From contig OZ316897.1 in assembly GCA_973895155.1 (NCBI GenBank), forward strand, positions 2,867,416 through 2,931,415: 64,000 nt of DNA. The letters run 5' to 3'. This DNA is from Marsupella aquatica. Taxonomy: Eukaryota; Plantae; Marchantiophyta. Shown here one piece after another: positions 62,262 through 64,000 of the stretch (positions within the stretch are counted from its first letter, which is position 1; each line of letters opens with the position of its first letter). Position numbers and translations under genes: made by a program. The notes beneath the pieces were generated by a model. It had not been told where the DNA came from, did not search any database, and saw only the letters and a list, made by a program, of their open reading frames with translations.

Positions 62262-63803
62262 ATGGCAGAGAAGCAGCTCCGATCGCGATCAATACCCCTT
62301 GGTGAATCAAGAATGGAGGGCGCGGAGAAGGGAGGATCTGGCGCTGTAGGAAAGAAGGATTTAGTTTCTGCTATTTGCTTGCGCAAGAAAGCCAGAGCAG
62401 TTCGACCTTCATGCTACTCGAGCCCAGCAATAGGGGCGAACACCCCTGTACTAGTCCTTCAAAAGATTGATGGCCGAGAAAGATTAAGGGAAGACCAGGC
62501 ATTAGAGAAGCTCATAGAGAAGGGGTCTGCATCGCGGAAGGAAGACCATCGGAATGGTACAACTTCATTTCAGCTATTTGATTATCATTCTATTCAGGGT
62601 GTACGTGCTCTACGCATTTCTTCTATTAATTTAAGTTATTTGATTCTCTAAGTGGTCACGCTATGCTCTGCGCATTTCTATCAAGAACCACTTCTAGGAT
62701 TTGTTCATTTGATTGTTAATTATGCATCTAATAGAGATTGGTGTGCAGTGAGATCTTGTCGTGTCATTCTTGATTGGCTACTGTGTATGTTCAGTGGATT
62801 TTTGGAATGAGAAACTGAAGATTTTCGAGAAGCAATCAATCGAAGATAGGGATTCTGCAGCAGATTTCTCTCCAATAGCCCGACCAGAATCGTTGAAGGC
62901 AGGGGCTGGGAATATAATTTACGAGAGCCCTGAGCAGGTTATGTTGAGCTCTGACAGTAGTAGCAATAGTGGGAATACAAAGCAGTCTAGCTCGATGGAT
63001 TCCAGTTCTGACTCCGATAGCTCTAGTAATGCTAATGTTGAGGAGGTGCAGCGTAAAGGCCACAAGAAGCGACATCACAAGCACCATGATGATGGGAAGC
63101 AAAAGTCAAAGAAGAAAGTGAAGGGGAGACGAGTGGTGGATAATAATCACATAGGGACTCTAGTGCAAGCGTATTGGGACCATTTTCAGAAATTCAGCCA
63201 GGGCAGAAAGCAGAAAACAAAGCAGCTCGTTCCAAAGAAAGTATGGGGCCCAACGTTTATTTGGATTACAGGAAGGAGTTTCCTAATTCACCATTTGAAG
63301 AGGAGACCCTAAAGGAGCACCTGAGAGACAGCGTTATAGATATGAAGTCTGGGGTGAATAATCCTGAGGGAGGCGTAGGAGCTACATTACAGGACACCAC
63401 ACTTATGAAAAAGCTCATGGAAACGCCATCATGGAAGGCTCGAAGTATTCTGAAAATCAGGGAAGATGCAATGCATGGTAACAGCCAAGTCACCAATCAA
63501 GAAGGATCAGGATCTGTTGCTCCACCTCGGCCCCTTGTAGCAACAGCCAGCAATGATCCAGCCCTGCCCAAGCCCCTCACCAAGAAGGACAGTCTCAAAC
63601 ATGCCGGCGAAAGTATTGTTGAGATGTTGACTGAGTTCAAGAGCATGAAGTCGGACAGACAACAGGTGGTCGATTCTAGATCAGTTGAATCAGAGGCCAG
63701 GAGCATTATGGCCAAAGTTGTGTTTTTGGAGAAGCAGAGGACATTGGATTTGATCACAGAAGCAGAGTTTAAACTAAAGTGCAAGGAAGCTTTCGGAATA
63801 TAG
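62262..63803 (+). pseudogene. Probable TE accessory gene (Ser-rich, Myb/SANT-like core, SHOCT-like C-terminus), 2 exons (62262-62556, 62795-63803), one frameshift
   Basis: The phase-1 GT-AG intron joins the ORFs. Frame switches near 63250 (KKVW.. to NVYLDYRKEFP..EETLKEHLRD). C-terminus FLEKQRTLDLITEAEFKLKCKEAF. Confidence 0.55.
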
Positions 63804-64000
63804 AATCCACTTAGAGATGTATGGGCAGTAGGCAACATTTTGTTTCAGTTGAGACCCCATGCTGATGAAAATACTGCGTCAATCGTGTCGTGCGGCAAAT
63901 ATGCTCTAAGCAGATAGATGGTTTCAATGTACATGATTTTCATGAACAAGATTGTGTCCAAGATGTTATTTCCCGTTCGGATCCTTTGAACTGTTTATTT

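Overview
Eukaryotic, repeat-rich land-plant nuclear DNA: GT-AG introns, Ty1/copia and LINE relics, plant 2OGD and BAHD enzymes. The species cannot be fixed from sequence alone. The main object is a 17.7-kb DNA transposon (2733-20469) with 17-bp TIRs (AGGGCGTCTCAnAGTAG) and an AAT target-site duplication. It encodes an intact PIF/Harbinger-type DDE transposase and a disrupted Myb/SANT-like partner. Its cargo is unusual: an RPA1-C-like OB-fold protein, an F-box-like protein, orphan ORFs, a second (Sola/DUF7869-like) transposase, and a ~1050-aa three-exon ParB/Srx-domain + beta-class amino (N6A/N4C) DNA methyltransferase fusion. The cargo half carries about 24 copies of a 14-bp palindrome, CGATAAATTTATCG, almost all in introns and intergenic spacers. 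Together these suggest a ParB/parS-like self-recognition and DNA-marking system. The rest of the window is nested TE debris (Bianca-type copia elements, a solo LTR, MITEs, LINE fragments, a Helitron end) around a 2OGD-BAHD-2OGD enzyme trio. The divergent 2OGD and BAHD genes share an inverted ~300-bp upstream block. All domain calls come from reading motifs by eye, not from database searches.
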